From IMG/VR virus record IMGVR_UViG_3300014658_000001, positions 1 to 60,653 of that record: a stretch of 60,653 nucleotides of DNA, one strand, 5' to 3'. The notes under the pieces were generated by a model that was given only the letters and a program-made list of their open reading frames with translations, was not told where the DNA came from and did not search any database. Shown here in pieces: positions 41,827 to 50,905 of the stretch; the stretch's first letter is position 1, and every line of letters begins with the position of its first letter. Made by a program: the position numbers and the translations under genes. This DNA is from a virus (lineage: Duplodnaviria; Caudoviricetes).

Positions 41827-42362
41827 CAGATGTACGCCACCATATCCAACACCTTGTGATCCGGGATTTGCCCCTTCATTACAAGATCGTCAAACAAAAC
41901 AAACAAAGCCTTGCCATCCTCTGAACCCGGCACGTCCACCCACCAGCGATCCCCGCCGTACTTGGGCACGCGCACGTAGTCCCCAACCTTGCACCACGCA
42001 CCTTCTGGCCAGGGTTCCAAGGTCTCGCGGTTACAGAACGCTACCGGCCCCAGTGCGATCACCTTGGCAACCTGCATGTTCCACAGGTCCGTTTCCCGCG
42101 ACTCCTCAGGTAGGTAAATACCCCCCTTGGTTCGCATCCGCGGGGTGCGGATCTGAACGAGAACGTCGGAACCGAACGGGATCAGGTCAGGATCGGCTAC
42201 CGGAAAAGCCTGCTCCAGCGTGTCGTAGGCGATGGATGATTTCGCAAACTTGGCAACGGCCAGATGATCCAGGTTTTCCAGGGGAACCTCACGGTTCACA
42301 CGACCGGTAAACTCCGACCTCTTCTCACGTTTTGTTGCGATTTCGTCCCGCACCACGCTCAT
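41826..42362 (-). CDS. groES: GroES/Cpn10-like co-chaperonin
   Basis: LIPFGSDVLVQ..TKGGIYLP..AKVIALGP..CKVGDYVRVPKYGG. Confidence 0.88.
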   Translation of the reverse strand: MSVVRDEIATKREKRSEFTGRVNREVPLENLDHLAVAKFAKSSIAYDTLEQAFPVADPDLIPFGSDVLVQIRTPRMRTKGGIYLPEESRETDLWNMQVAKVIALGPVAFCNRETLEPWPEGAWCKVGDYVRVPKYGGDRWWVDVPGSEDGKALFVLFDDLVMKGQIPDHKVLDMVAYI

Positions 42363-42549
42363 CTGTCTCCGGCTCATTCAATAACTTGTTCAACAGACTC
42401 TCGGCCAGCTTGAGGCCCTCGAGCCTACCTGCCGCCTTCCCGAACCCGAACGCGTTCTTTTCGCTGTCGGGTATGTTACTCAGGCTCTCCGCTGCGGTCT
42501 GCGCGTGCAGACCCTGCAGCTCACCGATATACCGGTCTAAGATGGCCAC
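42325..42549 (-). CDS. Hypothetical protein
   Basis: GRLEGLKLAESLL helix typical of the gene between portal and GroES. Confidence 0.6.
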   Translation of the reverse strand: MAILDRYIGELQGLHAQTAAESLSNIPDSEKNAFGFGKAAGRLEGLKLAESLLNKLLNEPETDERGAGRNRNKT

Positions 42550-42578
42550 GCTAATAGCTTGACAGTAAAAGTCAAGCC

Positions 42579-42947
42579 CTAGATGCGATTACGCGTGCCG
42601 CCCGTGCTCTTTCCGCCGTGGCCACTGTGGGTAGCCGCACCCTCATCCGGCTCCTCAGTGTAGGTGTGCTCGGTGTGCTCTGGAGGGTTATGCCCGTGAT
42701 GCACCAGGGAATGGATGCCGTGGCCCTTGTGTCCACTGTGCCCGCTGCCTGGGTGCGTGTGGTGCTCGTGCGGCTCCTTGTGGCCGTGGGTGCCGTGCCC
42801 ATGGTGCTGCTCATGTCCATGCTTCATCGACGTATGACCTCCGCGGGAGTGTGTGTGCACGCTGCCGCCCTTGGCGTATCCATCGACGTGGCCGGTCTGC
42901 GCCAATTGCTGGTGCTTACTGATCGGTCCACTGTACTTTTCCGCCAT
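42579..42947 (-). CDS. Histidine-rich protein (27 His in 122 aa)
   Basis: GAGG RBS before ATG 42947; YAKGGSV motif. Confidence 0.7.
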   Translation of the reverse strand: MAEKYSGPISKHQQLAQTGHVDGYAKGGSVHTHSRGGHTSMKHGHEQHHGHGTHGHKEPHEHHTHPGSGHSGHKGHGIHSLVHHGHNPPEHTEHTYTEEPDEGAATHSGHGGKSTGGTRNRI

Positions 42948-43008
42948 AGGTGCCGCCTCGTGCAAGGGGGGATGCTTTCGCGAGCGTAGCTGTTTCAACT
43001 GTAAAAAG

Positions 43009-43209
43009 CTATTTTGTACCTAGAAGGTGTCGGATAGCCCACATGGAGGCCTGCTCCATGTTAGTGACCGCAAGACTCAGCTCACGACTCTTGCCCATCG
43101 TGCCGCACAAGTTGAGGAAGTCAGCTTCCAAACCCTGCAGCTCGGTCAGAAACGCCGCCTGTTCGTGAGAAAGCGGCGTCTGTTGGTTTCGAGAAGGTGC
43201 ATCCGTCAC
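43009..43209 (-). CDS. Acb2/Tad1-like helical-hairpin protein (candidate cyclic-nucleotide sponge)
   Basis: SRELSLAVTNMEQASMWAIR. Confidence 0.65.
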   Translation of the reverse strand: MTDAPSRNQQTPLSHEQAAFLTELQGLEADFLNLCGTMGKSRELSLAVTNMEQASMWAIRHLLGTK

Positions 43210-43586
43210 AGCTTCTTTACCGTGGCCGCGAGCCGTGTGCTGACCTTGGCGAACCAGGCTGAGATGCCCGAGTGCGCTGCAGAGTGCTGCACATTGGGAA
43301 CGAGACCGTGCACCACGTTTTCCAACTCGGTCAGGCGCGCTTCCAGCGCTGTCATGGCCGCTTCCGGGTCATCCGCCAATGCCGCAAGGAACGTGCTTGG
43401 AGCCGCAGTCTGTACAGCGTCTGCGCTCTGCACGGGAGCGTTGGGGTACGACACTGCGGTGAAGCGAGCAGCGCCCGCCGGCTCAACAGGAGCAACCGCG
43501 GCAGCCTTTATCGGAGTCACCAGATTCGGGGAAACCGGTGCGGGTTTTAGGGTGACCGGGGCAGCAGTCGTAGCGGGTGCAGGCAT
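43206..43586 (-). CDS. Ala/Pro-rich hypothetical protein
   Basis: ORF with GGAG RBS. Confidence 0.6.
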   Translation of the reverse strand: MPAPATTAAPVTLKPAPVSPNLVTPIKAAAVAPVEPAGAARFTAVSYPNAPVQSADAVQTAAPSTFLAALADDPEAAMTALEARLTELENVVHGLVPNVQHSAAHSGISAWFAKVSTRLAATVKKL

Positions 43587-43617
43587 GGGTACTTCTCCAA
43601 TGTGTAAGGTTTAAGAA

Positions 43618-46206
43618 TCACGCAGGGCCGGAATCAGGGTGACCCCCGATGCCGGTACCCGTCGATAAATCCGTAGAGTGGCCAGTCTCGATCTTTGCAG
43701 CCGATATCTCAAGGGCTGTCGTATTGTCCGCTTGGTTGATCCTCTCGTGAGAAGCAATCTCAGCTTGGGTATTCTGCTCCTCACCTTGCTGCTCAAGGAT
43801 AGTCTGTTGCAATTTTGCCTGATTCTCCGCGCTCTGCGACTGTTGGTCAGCCTGAGCCTTTTGTTGAGCCTGCTGACTCTTGGCCTGATTGTTCGCACTT
43901 GCAACGGCTATCGCAGCGTGTCCAGGGTCCATCGGAGGCGGCGGCATGAATTTCTGCAACATCGCCTGCGCCTGTTGGATCACCTGAGGAATCTTACTCA
44001 ACGCAGACTGCGCGTCTTTCATGACGTGATGCGAGGCTTCCGCAAGCGTCGCATCCATTTCCCGCATCGTATCCTTGTCACGGAACTGCGTGAGGTCTCC
44101 AAGATCCACTTTCTTACCCGTAGCTTTAGTGGCCGCTTCCGAGCCGATGTGCACCGTCTGCGACAGGTACCAGTAGGTAATATGCTCCACCAAGTGTTGC
44201 AGACAAGCCGGGATGAATTTCGGCGCGATGATCGACAGGAACCCGAAGAACGGGCTGGTCAGGTAATCGAGGTGTACCTGAATGTGCGCAAGGTGATCCT
44301 GCTCCGGGAAAGCCACCACGGGCCGCCCCAGGGTCATCGCGACGTTCTCGTTGATCGCATTCAACTCCTGGGGCTGCGGAACCGGCTTCAGGAGGTCGAC
44401 CGCATTCGGAATCTTCGTGCGCTCAAGGATCAGCGTCTCGACTTTCTGGGCGTCGTAGAGTTCGGGATGGAGGTCTGCGCGCTGCTGGATGATCTGCAGC
44501 TGAGCAAAGCGCTGAATATCTGAGAAGACCTGGGGGTCGGAGACCGGGACGACATCGACAGGGCCTTCGTAATCGGCGCGATAAGCGAGCATCTCGCCCG
44601 TGTCATCAAGGATCTCCTCATCGGTGATATACATCCGGTTGATGCGGTGGAGGATGCCAATCAACCGGTCCATCGCACCGTGCAACCGCTGGTGGATCGC
44701 CGACAGGACTTTCATGCCCTGTTCGATCAGCGCCAGCGTAGTGCCCACGGGCATGTTAGGTGAGCCGTCTTCCGAGAGGTTCTCGAAAGTGGTCCGCACC
44801 ACCGCCTCACCTTGCTCCGTGCACCAGCCCAGCAGCTGAAACAACATCGTGGACGGCGGGTTGAACGGCACGGCCATCAGGATCTTACGGATGTCCTGAT
44901 CACCGACCGCGGCCCCCTCGATCTCTGTCACCCCACAGACGTTGAGATTCATCGTCTGCCCGCTACCCCCGCCCCCTTTCAGGCGCAGGAGCGTGGGCAG
45001 GTTCTGGATCATCGACGTATCGAGCAAGCCCCGCAGTGAGCCGGTACCCGCACCACACAGCGAGCCTAAATAGTGGATCAACCCGACTGACTGCGCACCC
45101 CGCCATGGCAGACACTCGAAATCCACAATCCAGCACAGGTTCTCACACTGCGGGTCGTCCTCTTCCCAGTTGCGCACCACGCGCAGGGTCTCCCGTGAGA
45201 CGGGGTCCACCTCAATCAAGTATGGACGCGCACCCGTGCGCTCCATGACCTCATCGGGATCTGAATTACGCCGGTCGCCTGCGACCCGCAACTGATCGGT
45301 GTCCTCAAGCTCTGCGAGCACTTCGCACACCAGAATGCGCCGCAGTCCGTCTTTATTGTCAACCGCAAAGCTGCTCTTGCCTTCGACCTTGTCAGACGCC
45401 TGTTGCGCGCGGGTGGATTCCGGCAACTGTGCCGGCGCCATCAAGGGCACCTTGACGTAGTAGCCCTGACGGATGCGGGATTCCAACTCGTGCTGCGTGA
45501 TCGTATCGACCAGCGAACGGCGCTCAGCCGTGTAGAAATCACTCGCCGCCTCGGGAATCAACACATGATCAATCGGCCAGAAAGTCGGTACCGGGCGCTT
45601 CTTGTCCGAGTCGTAGACGAGCCGCATGTACTGCGAGCCGGCGGGCAACTGCTGGGAAAGGAGCTTCTCCAGCTGCGAGCGGAACTCCGGCATCTGCTTC
45701 CTGAACTGCCAGTTCATGTGCGCGACTTTGCGCTTGGCCTTCGCATCCCGATCGGGCGTGACCTTGCCGGGAATCCAATCCTTGACAGGTCCGTTAGGGG
45801 GCATCAGCTCCCCGATTGTGTGGGACTGGTAGTACACAATCGATTTGGAAATCATCGGGTGAGTCGCTTTCGACCCGCCTTCAAAAGCCGGCGCGCTGAC
45901 ATCCTCACCGCCTAACCCGGTGCGTTTGATGCCCTCCTCGTACTGCTTGTCCCGATCCGAGCGGGCCTGCTTGTCATACTCAACGCGCTCCAACAATTCG
46001 GTGGTGAACGCCGAGAGCTGCGTCGGGTCCAGCTCCTCGGCGAGGTTGCGGTAAAACTCATTCTCGTCCGCGGGGGGTTTATCGTCGTCTGATTCCTCAC
46101 CGGTCTGGACGATCGCACCGCCATCGTCCGTATCAGTCACCCCGGGGGAGGATTCGTTGGGCTCGCCGTCGGTCGGGTAGGCGCTGTCTTCATCGTCAAG
46201 GGACAT
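43618..46206 (-). CDS. Portal protein
   Basis: 862 aa after TerL; FYRNLAEEL, HPMI, HMNWQF, PVGTTLALIEQG, PVSDP, QDHLAHIQVH, Gln-rich C-terminal barrel. Confidence 0.88.
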   Translation of the reverse strand: MSLDDEDSAYPTDGEPNESSPGVTDTDDGGAIVQTGEESDDDKPPADENEFYRNLAEELDPTQLSAFTTELLERVEYDKQARSDRDKQYEEGIKRTGLGGEDVSAPAFEGGSKATHPMISKSIVYYQSHTIGELMPPNGPVKDWIPGKVTPDRDAKAKRKVAHMNWQFRKQMPEFRSQLEKLLSQQLPAGSQYMRLVYDSDKKRPVPTFWPIDHVLIPEAASDFYTAERRSLVDTITQHELESRIRQGYYVKVPLMAPAQLPESTRAQQASDKVEGKSSFAVDNKDGLRRILVCEVLAELEDTDQLRVAGDRRNSDPDEVMERTGARPYLIEVDPVSRETLRVVRNWEEDDPQCENLCWIVDFECLPWRGAQSVGLIHYLGSLCGAGTGSLRGLLDTSMIQNLPTLLRLKGGGGSGQTMNLNVCGVTEIEGAAVGDQDIRKILMAVPFNPPSTMLFQLLGWCTEQGEAVVRTTFENLSEDGSPNMPVGTTLALIEQGMKVLSAIHQRLHGAMDRLIGILHRINRMYITDEEILDDTGEMLAYRADYEGPVDVVPVSDPQVFSDIQRFAQLQIIQQRADLHPELYDAQKVETLILERTKIPNAVDLLKPVPQPQELNAINENVAMTLGRPVVAFPEQDHLAHIQVHLDYLTSPFFGFLSIIAPKFIPACLQHLVEHITYWYLSQTVHIGSEAATKATGKKVDLGDLTQFRDKDTMREMDATLAEASHHVMKDAQSALSKIPQVIQQAQAMLQKFMPPPPMDPGHAAIAVASANNQAKSQQAQQKAQADQQSQSAENQAKLQQTILEQQGEEQNTQAEIASHERINQADNTTALEISAAKIETGHSTDLSTGTGIGGHPDSGPA

Positions 46207-46708
46207 TAGCGTCTACCTGTGTGTAAGTCATTTGATCCTTGACCCGATAAATGTCGTAGGCAGACAAATCAACCCCCGGGATTGCGATGCGATAGGTAAA
46301 CCGCGTCTTCTCTGCGTCGAAATCAGTCTGCAACTCTAAATCCCGCCTGACCAACAACACTGGAGGAATCGGGAAGTCCCCTTTCTTGTCTGGAATATCT
46401 TCCTGGCCGTATAACCGTAAAGCCTCAACTCGTCTAGCCACTAAAAACTCATACATCGCTAAGACTAACCTTGACTCCGCAACCCCCCGAGGGAAAGCAC
46501 TCTCGAAACCAATAACCGAATAGGTGAACCGTTCAAACCCGGCGCTTGTCGGCAAGTCTATGTGGGCTCGTGGAAGGCCCCGCATACACCAAAACAGCCC
46601 GTAGCCGTCATCGATGTCATGAGTAGAGTAGCCCCCCACAACTCTAGCCAACTCTTCGACCGTCGTCGGTGTTGCTGTCGGAGGGTAACAGGGCTTACTA
46701 AGCGGCAT
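46196..46708 (-). CDS. Hypothetical protein between TerL and portal
   Basis: GGAGG RBS; lower GC than flanking genes. Confidence 0.6.
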   Translation of the reverse strand: MPLSKPCYPPTATPTTVEELARVVGGYSTHDIDDGYGLFWCMRGLPRAHIDLPTSAGFERFTYSVIGFESAFPRGVAESRLVLAMYEFLVARRVEALRLYGQEDIPDKKGDFPIPPVLLVRRDLELQTDFDAEKTRFTYRIAIPGVDLSAYDIYRVKDQMTYTQVDANVP

Positions 46709-46863
46709 CAGTGGCGCCTCCCGGCGTTACTCGGCTAAACGATAACTTCAAACACTCGGCATAAAACCGCTGCAGCTTCAATTCCTTCTGCGTGATCGGC
46801 TCCCGCCACGAGTCCATCTCAAAATCGTAGACCATCCCAAGACCATAAACCACACTGCGGTAG

Positions 46864-48405
46864 TTATCCGTCATACGGGTTGCTCCGTCTTTGTTTCTTG
46901 AGTCGCTCGTGTGCGTCGACGACGGCCTTAACCGGGTCAGCGCGCACTGTCAAGCGGATATTGAACTTCCGCTGAAGTAAAAGCAAAGCTTGGGTTGCCG
47001 TATCGAGCAGATCGTCGTGCACCAGGGACCCCTCCCCCACGTAGGTGCACAACTGAGTGATAACCCCCTCCGCCCAGTCCCTGGGATGCCCTGGGCGCCG
47101 CGTACTCTCCACAGCCCATACCCTCCCATGGGGAAAGAGCGGGGAGACCGCATGGAGCTTTGAGAGCTTGTCCATGTCGGTCGGGAAGCGCTCCGCCAGG
47201 ACCCCCTCGGACGCCAAGGTCTGAATCAGCGACTTACCCGAGCCGGTATCTTCGATCAGGATCAGATCGATCGGCCGCCCCTGGTGCCGGGGTCGCTGCG
47301 CGCGGGAGATGAGTGCGGGTCGCAGCAGCGGCTCATCCGTGTCGCCGTAGGTGAATTTGGTCTCAGACTTCACCCGTCGAATCAACTCAGGGAAGCCTAA
47401 GTACTCCTCCCACGCATCCAGCAACATGATGTGGTCACGCCGCTCATGCTCAAACAAACCCCACACGGTGCACGCTGTCGGGTCACCAGTCTGCTCTTTC
47501 TTGTTCCAGGTCTCCTCGGTGAAAGCGGTATCGAGTGACATGATCAGGAAGCGGAACTTCGGCAGGGGTTTGTTTGCCGGCCACAGGCGGATATCGGAGC
47601 GCTTGACGAAGCCGGCTTCCTCCGGGTCGATGATCTCACCGTGGATTTCCTGGCGGCCGATTCTGGTGCCTTCGTACTTGGCGATGTTCTCGTAGAAGAT
47701 ATCCGACAGGTTCTCCGCGTTCTCGTATGTAGAGCCTGAGATAGTGATCGAGCGGGGCAGGCTCATCAACATCTTAACGAACGGTTTGGGCTTAGGCGTG
47801 CCGGTCCAGAACACCTGCGGATGCTTGCCTAACCGCAACCCGAATACAAAGTTATCGAAAGCCTTTTCCCCAAAACGCCACGAGGCACACTCATCTAACC
47901 AACCTCTCCCACACTGCGGCCCGCGTAAGCGTTCCGGAGTATCCGCGCTGAATCCCAGAATCTGCGCATCATTGACCAACACCACGGCAGGGGGGGATTT
48001 GGTCGTGTGTTTGATAAGCTTAGGGGGCAGCACCGGATAGCGCATGCCGATGGGGCCTATCAGTCCCGCCTTGTCTTCATACGCACCGTGAATCCCGGTC
48101 GGCCCATAGAAACAGGTCTTGATCAGATCCTCGTGGGTCGGTGCGATAACAAAGTTGTAAGAGCCTGGATCAGCCAGCGCTTCGTCCACGATCCAACGGG
48201 CACCCGCTACGGTCTTACCGAATCCGCGGCCCGACTTAATCCCGAAGAAATCCCACTTGTTGTTATCCGGGGGGAGCTGCTTTTTACGCGCGAGTGCCCG
48301 CCAGCGCAGTTTCGCGCCCAAGGCTTCGAGGTCGGTATCGGAAAGAGCTTCGAGACGCTTGCGGACTTCCCGGGGATCGGTTAAGTCCAGCGCAACCGCG
48401 GCCAA
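46864..48405 (-). CDS. terL: Terminase large subunit
   Basis: GRGFGKT Walker A, LRGPQ, WLDE Walker B, GTPKP, SLDTA and HDDLLD nuclease acidic residues. Confidence 0.95.
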   Translation of the reverse strand: MAAVALDLTDPREVRKRLEALSDTDLEALGAKLRWRALARKKQLPPDNNKWDFFGIKSGRGFGKTVAGARWIVDEALADPGSYNFVIAPTHEDLIKTCFYGPTGIHGAYEDKAGLIGPIGMRYPVLPPKLIKHTTKSPPAVVLVNDAQILGFSADTPERLRGPQCGRGWLDECASWRFGEKAFDNFVFGLRLGKHPQVFWTGTPKPKPFVKMLMSLPRSITISGSTYENAENLSDIFYENIAKYEGTRIGRQEIHGEIIDPEEAGFVKRSDIRLWPANKPLPKFRFLIMSLDTAFTEETWNKKEQTGDPTACTVWGLFEHERRDHIMLLDAWEEYLGFPELIRRVKSETKFTYGDTDEPLLRPALISRAQRPRHQGRPIDLILIEDTGSGKSLIQTLASEGVLAERFPTDMDKLSKLHAVSPLFPHGRVWAVESTRRPGHPRDWAEGVITQLCTYVGEGSLVHDDLLDTATQALLLLQRKFNIRLTVRADPVKAVVDAHERLKKQRRSNPYDG

Positions 48406-48409
48406 GAAT

Positions 48410-48667
48410 TTACTTCTTCGGTAACGTCAGATACGCGATGACGTTTTGCGCATCCGCGATATCCGACAGGCGCGCATTGCGCGTGTGGTTGGCACTGATC
48501 CAGTTCAGGAGGTGTCCCAGGCGTTGCAGAAACGGACTGCCGTGGGTCTCAAGCGCAATGTCGCACTCAGAGGATATCGTGACATCAACGTGCTTGCTGA
48601 ACACAGATGCCGTTGCGACATCCACCGCACGGGCGACCGCGAATGCGAAAGTGTTTGAAAAGCTCAC
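48410..48667 (-). CDS. Hypothetical phage protein
   Basis: DVTISS..LLNWISANH pattern. Confidence 0.6.
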   Translation of the reverse strand: MSFSNTFAFAVARAVDVATASVFSKHVDVTISSECDIALETHGSPFLQRLGHLLNWISANHTRNARLSDIADAQNVIAYLTLPKK

Positions 48668-48927
48668 TCCCGCACCAGCGCAGGTTTCCTGGGGTAATCA
48701 CTGAAGCGCATGCGGCTACCTCCGTCAGCCATCGCCTGAGGAAACATGCGAATCACAATGTACTTGGCGTGAATCTTGTGTAGGAACTTGAGTAAGTGCT
48801 CATCCGTCCCGTCCCATACGTACGTGTCGTACTCCGTGCCGTGTGAATCGCGGGGTCCCGAGGGGCCTACTTCCCACTCAATGTTGTTTTCTTCCGCGAA
48901 CCGTTCCCACGCTTCCCGTCCATTCAT
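48664..48927 (-). CDS. Hypothetical protein
   Basis: Coupled ORF. Confidence 0.6.
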   Translation of the reverse strand: MNGREAWERFAEENNIEWEVGPSGPRDSHGTEYDTYVWDGTDEHLLKFLHKIHAKYIVIRMFPQAMADGGSRMRFSDYPRKPALVRE

Positions 48928-49538
48928 ACAGTCACCTGAGTGGTTGCCGCCGGCTGCGCCATACGTAGCTTTGCGTTGTCTTCCAACAAGGCCGCGACCT
49001 GCATCGACATACGCCCCAGGGTCTCCGTCATCGCAACATTCTGTTTCAGCAGCTCATCGAGACGAGCGTTCAACTGTTTGTTCTGCTCCATCAGCTCGGA
49101 AAGCTTGCCAGCGTCTACGCTGGGTACGTTGTTGGGGGCCGCCCCAGTTCGCCCACCGGCAAGCTTTCCAAGATGCTCCTTCATAGGAGGCTGATACGCT
49201 GCTTTCGTGTTCGCCAGCTGCGCGCGCTGTGCGATCTGCGTGTCATTGAGATTCAGCGGCACGTAGCGTGCGCCAGCCTTGCGGTGATCCTCCGAAGGGT
49301 TGCAGGCAAGGCACTGGACCCAGCCCCAACGCATCAGCTTCTTAGCTCCAACACCACCCGCCCCGAAAAGCGGCGCACCCTTGACGCCCCCACCGGATGC
49401 GGAGACCCCCGGGGTTAGCCCGTTGTTACATTCCGGATTTTTGCAATCAGAGCGACCCCGCGCACGTTGCGGGCCGGCATCCGCACGGCGTGCCAAATCC
49501 AACAGGCTGACGCTCTTATCCCCGGGTGCAAGACTCAC
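48924..49538 (-). CDS. Zinc-ribbon plus coiled-coil hypothetical protein
   Basis: CKNPEC..CLAC; C-terminal heptads. Confidence 0.6.
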   Translation of the reverse strand: MSLAPGDKSVSLLDLARRADAGPQRARGRSDCKNPECNNGLTPGVSASGGGVKGAPLFGAGGVGAKKLMRWGWVQCLACNPSEDHRKAGARYVPLNLNDTQIAQRAQLANTKAAYQPPMKEHLGKLAGGRTGAAPNNVPSVDAGKLSELMEQNKQLNARLDELLKQNVAMTETLGRMSMQVAALLEDNAKLRMAQPAATTQVTV

Positions 49539-49780
49539 GACAGCGCCTCGTAAGCCTGTTGTAGACTCATACGTGACAACAACAAATCCTCAAATTTAAC
49601 CTGATCCACATTGCGTAGCTGCTCGCACCACCTCTCTGCCTCTTCCGCAGACATGCGGTAATGCGTCTCGATCATGGTGCTACTATCACGCGTTATGAGA
49701 AGAGTTGTATCACCTGTCCCGCTGATCCGTATTTTAAACTGATGAAATTCACACGTGTGATCGCAACCGCATTGACTCAT
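49535..49780 (-). CDS. Hypothetical protein
   Basis: Coupled ORF. Confidence 0.5.
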   Translation of the reverse strand: MSQCGCDHTCEFHQFKIRISGTGDTTLLITRDSSTMIETHYRMSAEEAERWCEQLRNVDQVKFEDLLLSRMSLQQAYEALS

Positions 49781-50154
49781 AGTAGTGAACTCCCCGCGCG
49801 CTTCTCATTAGCTTCTAACACCCACTCGGATTCATTCAGAGCCGGGCACTCGACGATATTGATGTGAGGTGCAAACGGATTCGACTTGGTGTGCGCAACC
49901 ACGGCGAACACGACATTGCGCGCCTGGAAAAGCCGGATGGTGTGCACGTACAGGTTGTAGACGAAAGCGGGGCCTACGAGACGCGCCGCCATCTCAAGCG
50001 ACATCTTGTTGATCTGGAAGTACGCCGGCTTCCCCTGCAGATCCATCAGCGGCTCGTAATCCAACTCTTCTTCGCACAGATCAAAGTAGCGCTTGGAGCG
50101 GGCGCGCGCGTTGATCTCATCGTTCAACCGGTCGACTCCGCCGCGTCGCGTCAT
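49777..50154 (-). CDS. Hypothetical protein
   Basis: GAGGAG RBS; coupled. Confidence 0.6.
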   Translation of the reverse strand: MTRRGGVDRLNDEINARARSKRYFDLCEEELDYEPLMDLQGKPAYFQINKMSLEMAARLVGPAFVYNLYVHTIRLFQARNVVFAVVAHTKSNPFAPHINIVECPALNESEWVLEANEKRAGSSLL

Positions 50155-50330
50155 GCAGACTCCTCAAAGAGCCACTCCAGCGCATCCTTCAACCTGTCTG
50201 CACTCACATTGCGCCCTGTCCCATCAGGGGCCGTAAGCCGGTAGCAAGGCGACAAGAAACCTACCTGTACGTCATCCGTATCATACTGGTACAGCTCAAA
50301 GCCCTCACAATAAATTATATCGCGACTCAT
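50151..50330 (-). CDS. Hypothetical protein
   Basis: Start MSRDIIYC at ATGA overlap. Confidence 0.55.
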   Translation of the reverse strand: MSRDIIYCEGFELYQYDTDDVQVGFLSPCYRLTAPDGTGRNVSADRLKDALEWLFEESA

Positions 50331-50485
50331 AGCCGCCCCGACAGCACCAACACGACCACGATGACAAGAATCACACCCAACACACTGACCGGTCCATGCC
50401 CCCAACTGGCCGAGTATGGCCACGATGGAAGCGCGCCAATCAGGAGCAGCACGAGCAAAATGATCAGAATAGTTCCAAGACCCAT
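50327..50485 (-). CDS. DUF3309-family small membrane protein (52 aa)
   Basis: Manual translation MGLGTILIILLVLLLIGALPSWPYSASWGHGPVSVLGVILVIVVVLVLSGRL; AGGAG RBS; not in ORF track. Confidence 0.85.
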   Translation of the reverse strand: MGLGTILIILLVLLLIGALPSWPYSASWGHGPVSVLGVILVIVVVLVLSGRL

Positions 50486-50905
50486 ACAGCTCTCCTAGCG
50501 GTTACACCCGCACTCTTCGACACCACGATACGCGCCCACGGGGTCCAATACGTTCTGATTTGAGCAGCCTTGTGAGTGCTTAGGCAACACCATCAACACT
50601 GCGGCTGCTTCCGCAGCCGTCAGTACGTGGCAATGCATATTGTCACCCCCGAAAGAGGCGTTTGGGGCTTGCAGAGTCGCAACCGCAGTTGAGAACGCAT
50701 CTCTCACGGACAACCTCGCGCGTGCCAGACGTGCCACTCAGGTGTGCGCCACGGACGCGACTCAAACTCGACAGGGGGCAATGCTGCGTGCGCTACGGCC
50801 CATCGAATAAACATCTCGCAGGCTAACGCATGACGTAAGCGGACAATGGCGCGTCGTCCGCGCTTACCGTTGCGGTGGCCCAAAGGCTCACCACCGCCGT
50901 GCGAG

